Below are positions 17,942 through 26,622 of a stretch of DNA of 64,000 bases, one piece after another; positions within the stretch are counted from its first letter, which is position 1; the number at the start of each line of letters is the position of its first letter. Made by a program: the position numbers and the translations under genes. The stretch is from positions 640,001-704,000 of the forward strand of contig OY764216.1 of assembly GCA_963668315.1 (NCBI GenBank), read 5' to 3'. This DNA comes from Spirochaetia bacterium. GTDB taxonomy: Bacteria; Spirochaetota; Spirochaetia; DSM-2461. The notes under the pieces were generated by a model. The model was not told the origin of the DNA. It did not search any database and was given only the letters and a program-made list of their open reading frames with translations.

Positions 17942-18783
17942 TACGCTTGCAAAATCTGAACTTTCAGTACGGCAGACGCCCTCTTTTTGAAGATCTGAAT
18001 CTGTCCCTTGAGGGAGGCAATATCTACGGCCTTCTGGGGCTGAACGGAGCGGGAAAAACCACCCTGCTAAAAATTATCTCCGGGCAGCTCTACAGAAAAG
18101 GGGGACAGGCGGATATCCTGGGATTTGACCCGGGGAAACGCCTGCCCGATATGCTCCGGGAGATTTTCTATCTGCCCGAGGAATTCTATCTGCCCCCCAC
18201 CACTGCCGAGATTTACCTGAAGCTCAACACGGTCTATTATCCCCGCTTCAGCCTTGAGGATTTCAACCGCTACGCCGATACATTCCAGCTCGACCTATCA
18301 CAAAAGATCAGCAATTATTCCTTCGGACAGAAAAAGAAATTCCTCCTGGCCTTCGGGCTGGCGTCCGGCACAAGCCTGCTGATTCTGGACGAACCGACCA
18401 ACGGGCTGGACATTCCCTCCAAAAGCCAGTTCCGCAAAACCGTCGCCTCCGCTCTGACGCCGGAAAGGAGTTTCCTTATCTCCACCCACCAGGTACGGGA
18501 TATGGATAGCCTCATCGATCCTCTCATCATTCTGCACGAGGGCAAAATCATCCTGAACAACACCCTGGAAGAGACGGCGTCGAAGATTGCAATGGACCGG
18601 GTGACCACAGAACCGGGCCCGGCGGAAAACCTGCTCTACTCGGAAAAAGTTCCCGGCGGATGGCATGTCATAAGGGCCGCTTCCCCCGGGGAAGAATCCG
18701 CCCTGGACCTGGAAGTCCTGTTCAACGGCATAATCTCTTCACCGGACCGGATAGGCTCACTCATAAAAGGAGGCAAACTGTGA
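17938..18783 (+). CDS. ABC transporter ATP-binding protein
   Basis: Walker A GLNGAGKTT; signature YSFGQ; Walker B LILDEPTNGLD. Confidence 0.93.
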   Translation: MIRLQNLNFQYGRRPLFEDLNLSLEGGNIYGLLGLNGAGKTTLLKIISGQLYRKGGQADILGFDPGKRLPDMLREIFYLPEEFYLPPTTAEIYLKLNTVYYPRFSLEDFNRYADTFQLDLSQKISNYSFGQKKKFLLAFGLASGTSLLILDEPTNGLDIPSKSQFRKTVASALTPERSFLISTHQVRDMDSLIDPLIILHEGKIILNNTLEETASKIAMDRVTTEPGPAENLLYSEKVPGGWHVIRAASPGEESALDLEVLFNGIISSPDRIGSLIKGGKL

Positions 18784-19598
18784 AAAACATCTATTACCTG
18801 CTGCGCCAGGAATTTTACGATCAGAAAAAGCGCATCATTGTACTGGCTGCGGTGATATTTCTCATCTTTCTGTGCTCCCGTTTCCTGCAGGAATTCGTTC
18901 ACCGTTTCGGAGGATATATCGATTACGACTATCAGGAAGGGATAGGCGGCTATCTGTTCGCGGCGGGTTTTATCTTCACCAGTATTTGCTTCTCCCGATC
19001 CATGCACAGTAAGCGGGGCCAGCACGCCTGGTTGATGCTCCCCGTTCACGCCCATGAGAAACTGATCGCCAAGATCATATCCTATTCCCTGCTCTATCCC
19101 CTGGGTCTGATCGTTTTTACCTTTATCTCCTCTCTGGTTAATGAAGGGATCATGAGGATAATCTGGCATCACTCGGTACCATTGTTCAATCTATTCGATC
19201 CGATGATCTGGGAGATGACGGGCCATTACATCGTAATGTCGTCTCTTTTCCTGATGGGAGCGGCCTACTTCCGAAGCGCCCATCTCATTAAAACGGTTCT
19301 CGCCGTATTGGCCTTCTCCGTCAGTCTGACGATTATCCTGGGGTTGGTGACAAGAATCGCTTACGCCCCTTTCTTTCATGATTTTATGTTCAGCGATACA
19401 TCGAAGGCATCTTCCGGGCTGTATTTCGGGAATATCCACGTGGATGAAAATCTGCTTTTTTCCCAATTTAACTGCGATCGATGGACAAAAATCGGAAGCG
19501 TGATTGTTAAATCAGTATACTGGGGACTTCTCGCTCCTCTCTTCTGGACGGTAACCTACTTCAGAATACGGGAAATCGAGGCGAAAGATGCAGTATGA
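18780..19598 (+). CDS. ABC-2 type membrane permease
   Basis: GTG start overlapping the upstream stop, GGAGG RBS; TM helices; LMLPVHAHEK motif. Confidence 0.75.
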   Translation: MKNIYYLLRQEFYDQKKRIIVLAAVIFLIFLCSRFLQEFVHRFGGYIDYDYQEGIGGYLFAAGFIFTSICFSRSMHSKRGQHAWLMLPVHAHEKLIAKIISYSLLYPLGLIVFTFISSLVNEGIMRIIWHHSVPLFNLFDPMIWEMTGHYIVMSSLFLMGAAYFRSAHLIKTVLAVLAFSVSLTIILGLVTRIAYAPFFHDFMFSDTSKASSGLYFGNIHVDENLLFSQFNCDRWTKIGSVIVKSVYWGLLAPLFWTVTYFRIREIEAKDAV

Positions 19599-19971
19599 GA
19601 AACGCCCCATTTATATTCAAATCGCCGAATATCTTTACGAAATGATACTTGGCGGCGATTGGCCCGACGGAGAGAGGATTCCCTCGATTCGGGAAATGGC
19701 CGGCCAGATGGAGGTCAATCCCAATACCATGACCAGAACTTACGGGCTCCTTCAGGAACAGGGAGTGATCTACAACAAACGGGGAATCGGTTATTTCGCC
19801 GCCTCCGACGCCCGGGCCATGACAGCCCGGCTAAAGAGAGAGGAATTCCTGCGCTCGGAACTTCCCGACTTATTTAAAAAGATGGAAACACTGCAAATAG
19901 GAAAAGATGAATTAGTCAGGCTTTTTGAAGAGTACTTAAGCCGTAAAGGAGAGAAGGATGAAAACAAGTAA
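19588..19971 (+). CDS. GntR-family (YtrA subfamily) transcriptional regulator
   Basis: 127 aa; PIYIQIA, IPSIREMA..MEVNPNT, KRGIGYF. Confidence 0.93.
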   Translation: MQYEKRPIYIQIAEYLYEMILGGDWPDGERIPSIREMAGQMEVNPNTMTRTYGLLQEQGVIYNKRGIGYFAASDARAMTARLKREEFLRSELPDLFKKMETLQIGKDELVRLFEEYLSRKGEKDENK

Positions 19972-20092
19972 CAAGATACTGATCATAGCCTATGCCCTGG
20001 TGATAATAACCCTGTCAGCTATGGTATTTGTGACGAGGCCTCTGGTGGAGCGGGCGATTATCGGGTCGGAGAATTCTTACCTGGTCAGATAG
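19958..20092 (+). CDS. 44-aa single-TM small protein (MKTSNKILIIAYALVIITLSAMVFVTRPLVERAIIGSENSYLVR)
   Basis: Purine-rich RBS (AAGGAGAGAAGG), overlaps the GntR stop, hydrophobic helix; below the ORF-track cutoff. Confidence 0.55.
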   Translation: MKTSNKILIIAYALVIITLSAMVFVTRPLVERAIIGSENSYLVR

Positions 20093-20137
20093 GGAATCGT
20101 CCCGGCCGCCTCTGCCGGTCGGGACGAATTTAAGGGA

Positions 20138-21016
20138 TTAGGTATTTTCCCGTATGTACCCGGCGATCTGGTCGGCGCCGTTTGTCCGGAAGGTAAAATC
20201 CCCGTTATGCTCAATACGCCAGGAAGTATCCTCCGCGTTGCGGCCGAAGGAGAGGAATTTCGACCGAATCCCGAAATACCTGGCTTCATAAAACGTACAA
20301 TATCCGGCGCCGCTGATAAGAAGATCAATCGCCCCCGCATAATCGACGAGCGGAAAAAGCCCCTTTTTTCTACGATTCGTACTAAGGAGTACTTTGTATT
20401 CGTCAAGACTCTCCCTGTGCTCTGATAGGAGTTTTTCCAGTTCCCCAAGATAACCGTTTTGGGAAACAACGGCCAGCTTCTGCCCGTCCGGGACATCAAG
20501 CAGCGCCCTGGCCCGGGCGGGAGAAAAGATTTCATCCCTGTTGCGAATCACGACGGGGTTGATATTTTCACAGCCATCCACAACAAAGCCCGGTTCGATG
20601 GAAAAACACTTGTCGTACTGACCGGGTTCGAAGTGAAGGGTGTCCCAGGCCGACAGGGGCACATGAAACCAGGGCTCCCCCATCTGGCTGATCAGAAAGA
20701 TCTTTTGGGCCCGGAAGTCATCGAGTATTCCATAAAGGGGCAGCCAGATGGAAAAAACAATGATCACGTCGGGAGCCACCGATTCTATGGCCCGGTACAG
20801 CTCCGTCCCCCGATCGTCCCGGAATAATTTCTCCGGCTCTATCTTCACCTTGATATGCTTATGAAAGGGCTCGATAAGGGAGGAGAAAGCGTTATCCGTA
20901 ATGGCGGTATACTCCACATCGACGCCGCACCGCTTGAGGCCGTTAAAAAGGGAAGTTCCCAGAACGAGCCCGCCGCTCCCCTTTCCGAAATTGATATAGG
21001 CGATTTTAAGAGGCAT
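20138..21016 (-). CDS. Hypothetical protein with GT-B glycosyltransferase-like features
   Basis: N-terminal KIAYINFGKGSGG loop; C-terminal DLLISGAGYCTFYEA resembles the GT28-type nucleotide-sugar motif; start overlaps the upstream gene end. Confidence 0.55.
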   Translation of the reverse strand: MPLKIAYINFGKGSGGLVLGTSLFNGLKRCGVDVEYTAITDNAFSSLIEPFHKHIKVKIEPEKLFRDDRGTELYRAIESVAPDVIIVFSIWLPLYGILDDFRAQKIFLISQMGEPWFHVPLSAWDTLHFEPGQYDKCFSIEPGFVVDGCENINPVVIRNRDEIFSPARARALLDVPDGQKLAVVSQNGYLGELEKLLSEHRESLDEYKVLLSTNRRKKGLFPLVDYAGAIDLLISGAGYCTFYEARYFGIRSKFLSFGRNAEDTSWRIEHNGDFTFRTNGADQIAGYIRENT

Positions 21017-22343
21017 TGTACCAGTAATAAAAGCAGTAGTGGTTGCTGGAATCGGCTTCCTCTTCCCAGTTTTCCAGTCCGTCCCTGGTAGATTTAAGGG
21101 CGACGAGCCTGTTGTTGCCGATATCCTCGATGATGAGCCGATTGTCCGGAAGGATGGCCACAAGCCTGGGATGGTTAAACTCCATGGTTCCGCTGCCTCC
21201 GGTTCCGCGGTTTATGCGATTGTCCCCCCCAAGATCAAATCGGGCGATCCTGTTGTTTGAATCGCTTATTTTTATGGCATCGCCAGGGTTGGGAAGGTCG
21301 CCAGAATCGCTTACATATACAAAACCGTTCACCGAATCGACAAGAATGGAGCTTGGCATATCAAAGCTGTTCTCCCCCGCCACTTCAGAAAAAATGACAC
21401 CCCCCCAATCGGATCTCATACTGCCGTCGAAATCCCCGATGACCGAGAGGGAAGAATCATGAGTGCGACCTTCATCACAGGATGAAATGAGACTTCCTCC
21501 GCCGGGCAGAATAGCAATGCCGTTGTTTGAACTGTATTTATAATCATCCTGATCACGAACAAAAGTGACGATACAATCTTCGAAACTTTTTATATCGGAC
21601 ATTTTGACAAGCCGCACATACTCAGATGCATTCATCTCAAGAGAAATCTCGGCAATAAGAATCTCTCCGGAATCGGTCAGGGCCAGTTGGCTGGGGAAGA
21701 TGATTTTGTCGGAACACGCTCCCCCGCATGTCAGGACTTGATCAGTCAGGGGGGTAATGATCGTCTCCGGATCTTCCAGGTCGGATAGGCGGATAATACG
21801 GGAACTATCAACATAACCCGAAGTATCGCAGATAGAATCGAGGATATAGATGTACCCGTTATCATAGTCGACGTCAACCCAGTTTACATAACCAAGGTCG
21901 ACGGTTCCATTTTTTCCGGGAACCGATTCTATATAGCCCTTATTATCCCCCGCCATATTATCCATATACACAATGCGCTTATTCAACATATCGGGAAAGA
22001 TAATTTTCGGTTCGATCCTAATCGTAACGCTCTCATCGTCTCCGGTCAGGCTAAGGCTTTCTTCCCCTGAAAGGAAAAATTTCTTATCCGCCCGGATGGT
22101 CAGATTCCCATTCTCCGAATAGGCCATGGTATAAACACCGTCTCCATCGGTGGTACCGAAAGTTACGCCGCCAACCGACAGCTCGACACCGGATACGGGA
22201 TTATCCCCGCTTAACACCTGGACGGTCAGACGGGGGCCTGTTGAAGAAGCCGGCGAGGTGTCACCCCCTCCCATGGAGCAGCTGTAAAGAATCCCGGCCG
22301 CACATAAAGCGCATAGCAGAATAGTAGAAAGATTTCTCGTCAT
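21006..22343 (-). CDS. Lipoprotein with an N-terminal carboxypeptidase-regulatory-like beta-sandwich and an NHL-repeat beta-propeller
   Basis: Lipobox ILYS-C; PVSGVELSVGG...TDGDGVY; YVSDSG...NNRIARF, GSGTMEFNHP, DIGNNRL; AGGAG RBS. Confidence 0.7.
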   Translation of the reverse strand: MTRNLSTILLCALCAAGILYSCSMGGGDTSPASSTGPRLTVQVLSGDNPVSGVELSVGGVTFGTTDGDGVYTMAYSENGNLTIRADKKFFLSGEESLSLTGDDESVTIRIEPKIIFPDMLNKRIVYMDNMAGDNKGYIESVPGKNGTVDLGYVNWVDVDYDNGYIYILDSICDTSGYVDSSRIIRLSDLEDPETIITPLTDQVLTCGGACSDKIIFPSQLALTDSGEILIAEISLEMNASEYVRLVKMSDIKSFEDCIVTFVRDQDDYKYSSNNGIAILPGGGSLISSCDEGRTHDSSLSVIGDFDGSMRSDWGGVIFSEVAGENSFDMPSSILVDSVNGFVYVSDSGDLPNPGDAIKISDSNNRIARFDLGGDNRINRGTGGSGTMEFNHPRLVAILPDNRLIIEDIGNNRLVALKSTRDGLENWEEEADSSNHYCFYYWYNAS

Positions 22344-22403
22344 GTAATTTCTCCTGTGCTTGGCAGGCCTCACCTCATTGGATAAGGTTTAAGCACGGGG
22401 TAC

Positions 22404-22452
22404 AATTTAGCGGGAAGAGGGTATTTATTCGTTCAGGAATGCATTCCTGAAC
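22404..22452 (-). promoter_or_regulatory. Perfect 22-bp palindrome plus -10 box upstream of the NHL lipoprotein gene
   Basis: GTTCAGGAATGCATTCCTGAAC (22431-22452); TAAATT 21 nt downstream on the minus strand. Confidence 0.65.
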
Positions 22453-22467
22453 CTTTTTTTGAAGATT

Positions 22468-23538
22468 TTAGGAAGATTCCCCTTTTCTGTACTCCCGGGG
22501 GGTCATACCAAACCGGTCCTTGAAATGGGTATTGAAGGAACTTTTGGAATTGAAACCGGTATAGAAAGCCACTTCTATAATATTCATGGCCTGATTTTCC
22601 GCAAGGACCGTTTTCGCTTCCTCAAGGCGGCAGGTATTGATAAGGGACTTGAAATTCATCTCATACCGGTGATTCACCATCCATGAGAGCTGATTCGCCG
22701 TGATGCCTATCATGTCGGCCACCTGCGTAACCGATAGCCCCGGCCGGGAGTATATCCTGTCCTTTTCCAGCAATTTCCGCAATTTCCTTTCCGCTTCATT
22801 GAGCCAGAGCGGATTTTCAACCTTTTCCTTGGGCGTATCCGCCGGAGGGGCCAGGATAAGCTGGGTTTCCTTCGGATACCTGTAAGTAAAAAGAATTGAG
22901 GCGAATCCGAAAACACCATAGGCCCCGATAGCGACGGTGACCAGAGCGTCGGACCGAATGAAATGGCTGAGCAGCATCAGGGATGAACCGAAGAGAAACA
23001 GGATAGAAAGGGCGAAGATGACAAGGATGTAGTTGTTTCTCCTCCCTCTCAAGGCCCCCTTCTTCAAAAGGAAGATAAAGAGAGTGACGGCGCATAGGGA
23101 AAAATAATAATCCGACAGGGAATTAATGAACTTCAGCCGGGGAGGAAGACTGAGATAGGGATTGAAGCTCTCTTCCCCTCCGGCCGGAACCACGGGATAC
23201 AGGCCGTTAAGCAGAACGATGAGCAAGAATACGATGATGAACTGAATAAAAACGGGAACGATATAGTTGACTTTCTTCTCCATGAATCCGGAGATCATGG
23301 CAAAATAGAGGAAAAGGAGCGGTCCGATGAAAAAGGGAATGGCCGTATCCGTACCCAAGAGCAGACTGGGAAGAACCGATAGGTTGTACATCCAGATATA
23401 AATCATGAAATAGGCCAGGGAAAAATACATGCAGCACATGATATAATTAAAATAGGTCTTGTTCTTATAGACCAGCTGTATCAATCCGGCCAGGAAGAGA
23501 CAAAGACCGGTGGCAAACAATAAAAACAAAACAATCAC
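22468..23538 (-). CDS. AraC-family regulator with a multi-TM N-terminal sensor
   Basis: About 6-7 TM segments, then LSVTQVADMIG...NQLS...VAFYTGFNSKSSFNTHFK. Confidence 0.88.
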   Translation of the reverse strand: MIVLFLLFATGLCLFLAGLIQLVYKNKTYFNYIMCCMYFSLAYFMIYIWMYNLSVLPSLLLGTDTAIPFFIGPLLFLYFAMISGFMEKKVNYIVPVFIQFIIVFLLIVLLNGLYPVVPAGGEESFNPYLSLPPRLKFINSLSDYYFSLCAVTLFIFLLKKGALRGRRNNYILVIFALSILFLFGSSLMLLSHFIRSDALVTVAIGAYGVFGFASILFTYRYPKETQLILAPPADTPKEKVENPLWLNEAERKLRKLLEKDRIYSRPGLSVTQVADMIGITANQLSWMVNHRYEMNFKSLINTCRLEEAKTVLAENQAMNIIEVAFYTGFNSKSSFNTHFKDRFGMTPREYRKGESS

Positions 23539-23704
23539 GATAATTCAAGCTCCGGGAATACATAATATACTATCTTCCCACCATGTTCCAAGGGCCGGAC
23601 CCAGGCGAGACTATTTATGCGGTCTGGATTATGAATTTATGGACCATTATGGGCCGCTGTAATCTTTTCTGGTTATATAATAAAACCTGATATAGAATAG
23701 GAGC

Positions 23705-24547
23705 ATGGAAAAGAGAAATATCTATAAGACCGACGACGTGCTTATCATCGCGTCCTTTCTGATGCTGATTCCGGTGGTGTTTTTATCATGGCCCTGGCTT
23801 TCGGGCCTTCCGTCTGCTTCGGATCTTTCGGCTTATCTGCAATCAGCCCCCGGTATTCTGGGGACGAATCTGATCCTTTCGGGCGCCTATCTGGCCGGAG
23901 CCGTTCTCACACAGATTCTGGGGCGGATACTGCGCCATCGGGAAAACCAGACGCGGGATATCCTGGATTCGGTCATGTATATGGGACAGGTTAACCTGAG
24001 CCAGTTATCAGCCAACTTATCCCTGCCCGAGAGCAAAGTGCGTAAACTGGCGGCCCGGCTCTGCCGCGTCAGGGGACTGGGGATACATCTGGAGGGAGAT
24101 ATTCTCACCCGCCGCACCGTACCCGAAGCCGCTCGCTTTGCCACCGCGAAAGCGGCCGATGAGCCGGCACCGGAGGAAGCCACTTCCCGGGAAAAGGACA
24201 TGCCGGGGAAAGAAGCCTCACCCTTTGAAAATGACGGTTCCTCTCCCGTCACCGTTTCGCCGGAACTGCGGGATTTCCTGAAGAATGATAAATCGGATAT
24301 ATTCAGCAAACTTGAAAAAATCAACCGGATAGCCGAATCGGGAGGAGAGATCACCCCGGAAGAGCTGGAGAAAGTCAGCAGGGATAAGCCAGCCGTTCCC
24401 AAAGGGAAAATCATCCTTTTTCTCTTCCTCTTCATGACTCCCCTCTGGCCCGTCGCCCTTATATTAATTATCATCCAGGTTGTTAAAAACTATAAGAAGC
24501 TCAAAGATAAAGGAATGGTTGATCTGAAATTCGGCTCGGAAAAATGA
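23705..24547 (+). CDS. Hypothetical membrane protein with a central helix-turn-helix-like segment
   Basis: AGGAG RBS; N- and C-terminal TM segments; VNLSQLSANLSLPESKVRKLA. Confidence 0.6.
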   Translation: MEKRNIYKTDDVLIIASFLMLIPVVFLSWPWLSGLPSASDLSAYLQSAPGILGTNLILSGAYLAGAVLTQILGRILRHRENQTRDILDSVMYMGQVNLSQLSANLSLPESKVRKLAARLCRVRGLGIHLEGDILTRRTVPEAARFATAKAADEPAPEEATSREKDMPGKEASPFENDGSSPVTVSPELRDFLKNDKSDIFSKLEKINRIAESGGEITPEELEKVSRDKPAVPKGKIILFLFLFMTPLWPVALILIIIQVVKNYKKLKDKGMVDLKFGSEK

Positions 24548-24742
24548 CGCCTGTTCACAGCGGGATTTCCTGTCTTTGCGGGATTCCTCCATTTCCGTAG
24601 GAATTGATCTTCCGAAAATTAAGACAATATACGTTCCCGTAAAATAAACGAAAATTGCCCCCCCTCCAAAAATCGCCTCTTTTCAAATCGGGATAACTGC
24701 CATCTAATGGTAGTAGAACACACCCCAAAACCGGAAGAGAGT

Positions 24743-25648
24743 ATGGATAATTTTAAAAGAAATATAGCGAGGCAGTGGCAGTTCTATGCGATTCTGTTCC
24801 TGCCGTTCACCTATCTCGTCATTTTTCAGTATATCCCCCTGGGAGGCCTGCTTCTGGCCTTCAAGTCCTACAGCATAACCAAGGGAATATGGGGAAGCAA
24901 ATGGGTCGGCCTGAAGTACTTCAGGCAGTTCTTCAATTCCCCCTCCAGCCTGGCTATTGTCTGGAACACCTTCAGCCTGAGCCTCTATTCGATTATCGCC
25001 GGATTCCCCTTTCCCATTATTCTGGCTGTTCTCCTTAATGAGCAGAGAAACGAGAAGGTAAAAAGTTTTTCCCAGATGATCACCTATGCCCCCTATTTCA
25101 TATCCACGGTGGTGATGGTGGGAATCCTCTATCAGGTTCTGGATCCCCGCATGGGCATCATCAATAAATTCCTGAACCTGCTTTCCCTCGAATCAATCGA
25201 TTTTTTCGCGAATCCGCTGATGTTCAAATCCCTCTACGTCTGGTCGGGGATATGGCAGTTCACCGGTTATAACTCCATCATTTATCTGGCCGCCCTTTCC
25301 GGGGTCAGTCCGGAGCTTCACGAAGCCTGCCGGATTGACGGAGGCAATCTGCTCCACAAGATCTGGCATATAGACCTTCCCTCCATAAAGTCGACCATCA
25401 TCATCCTGCTGATTCTCAATATGGGACAGGTCATGAGCATCGGTTTTGAAAAAGTATTTCTCATGCAGAACCCCGTCAATCTGGCGCAGAGCGAGATTAT
25501 CGCTACTTACGTTTACAAAACCGGCCTGGTCAACGCCAACTTCGGGTTGTCCACGGCCATCGGATTTTTCAACTCCCTGGTGAACCTCGTCCTCATTTTC
25601 TCTTTCAACAAAATCTCGCAGAAAATCGGAGAGGTCAGTCTATGGTAA
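24743..25648 (+). CDS. Carbohydrate ABC transporter permease (LplB-like)
   Basis: YAPYFISTVVMVG, IIYLAALSGV.PELHEAC.IDG; start could be 24707. Confidence 0.92.
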   Translation: MDNFKRNIARQWQFYAILFLPFTYLVIFQYIPLGGLLLAFKSYSITKGIWGSKWVGLKYFRQFFNSPSSLAIVWNTFSLSLYSIIAGFPFPIILAVLLNEQRNEKVKSFSQMITYAPYFISTVVMVGILYQVLDPRMGIINKFLNLLSLESIDFFANPLMFKSLYVWSGIWQFTGYNSIIYLAALSGVSPELHEACRIDGGNLLHKIWHIDLPSIKSTIIILLILNMGQVMSIGFEKVFLMQNPVNLAQSEIIATYVYKTGLVNANFGLSTAIGFFNSLVNLVLIFSFNKISQKIGEVSLW

Positions 25649-26538
25649 ACAGCAAGCTCTTAAGAAGCCGCCAGGACAATATCATACACACGGTTTTCAC
25701 CATAGTCCTCCTGGCTTCGACGATCCTCGTCCTCTGGCCGGTAATCTATATCGTGAGCGCCTCCTTTTCCAGCCCCAACGCGGTTATTTCCGGCAAGGTC
25801 TGGCTCTACCCGGTGGAACCGAACCTTAACGGTTACGCCGCCGTCTTCAAAAACCGTAACATCCTCTCCGGCTTCGGAAACTCCTTCATTTACATGATTG
25901 TGGGGACGACGGTAAATATCATTTTCACGATTCTGGCCGCCTATCCCCTCAGCCGGAAAGAGTTTAAAGCCCGGGGGATTTTCACGGGGCTTTTCGTCTT
26001 TACCATGCTTTTTTCGGGAGGTCTGATCCCCATCTACCTTGTCGTGAAAAACCTGGGGCTTCTGAACACCCGGCCGGCCCTCATCCTGCCCACAGCCCTT
26101 TCCGTCTGGAACCTGATCATCATGAGAACCTATTTCCAGACGACGATCCCCGACGAAATGTACGAGGCGGCCACCATCGACGGTTGCGATGACATCAATT
26201 TTCTGTGGAGGATCGTCATCCCCCTGTCCGGCCCCATCATCGCCGTGCTGACCCTTTATTACGGGGTCAGCCACTGGAATCGGTACTTCGAAGCCCTGAT
26301 CTATCTTAAGACGGAGGAGCTCTTTCCCCTCCAGCTGGTCCTCAGGAGCATCCTCATCTCCAACGAAATCGATCCGATCATGATCGCCGACGTGGACGAG
26401 CTTATCAGGAAACAGGGACTGGTGGATCTGCTCAAGTATTCCACCATCGTCGTCGCCAGCGTGCCGGTGCTCTGCATCTATCCCTTTGTCCAGAAGTATT
26501 TCGTCAAAGGGGTTATGATCGGCTCGCTAAAAGGGTAA
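25642..26538 (+). CDS. Carbohydrate ABC transporter permease
   Basis: EAATIDG; YPFVQKYFVKGVMIGSLKG. Confidence 0.92.
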   Translation: MVNSKLLRSRQDNIIHTVFTIVLLASTILVLWPVIYIVSASFSSPNAVISGKVWLYPVEPNLNGYAAVFKNRNILSGFGNSFIYMIVGTTVNIIFTILAAYPLSRKEFKARGIFTGLFVFTMLFSGGLIPIYLVVKNLGLLNTRPALILPTALSVWNLIIMRTYFQTTIPDEMYEAATIDGCDDINFLWRIVIPLSGPIIAVLTLYYGVSHWNRYFEALIYLKTEELFPLQLVLRSILISNEIDPIMIADVDELIRKQGLVDLLKYSTIVVASVPVLCIYPFVQKYFVKGVMIGSLKG

Positions 26539-26622
26539 TCTATCCCGGATGTTTCCGGGAAGAATATAGGGCCGACCGGTTCCACTGAGACCTGCCAGCC
26601 TGAACAACAAAAGGAGTAGAAT

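Noticed and set aside
6434..22343. Diversity-generating retroelement targeting the lipoproteins
   Set aside because: No reverse transcriptase and no template/variable repeat pair with adenine-specific mismatches seen in the window.
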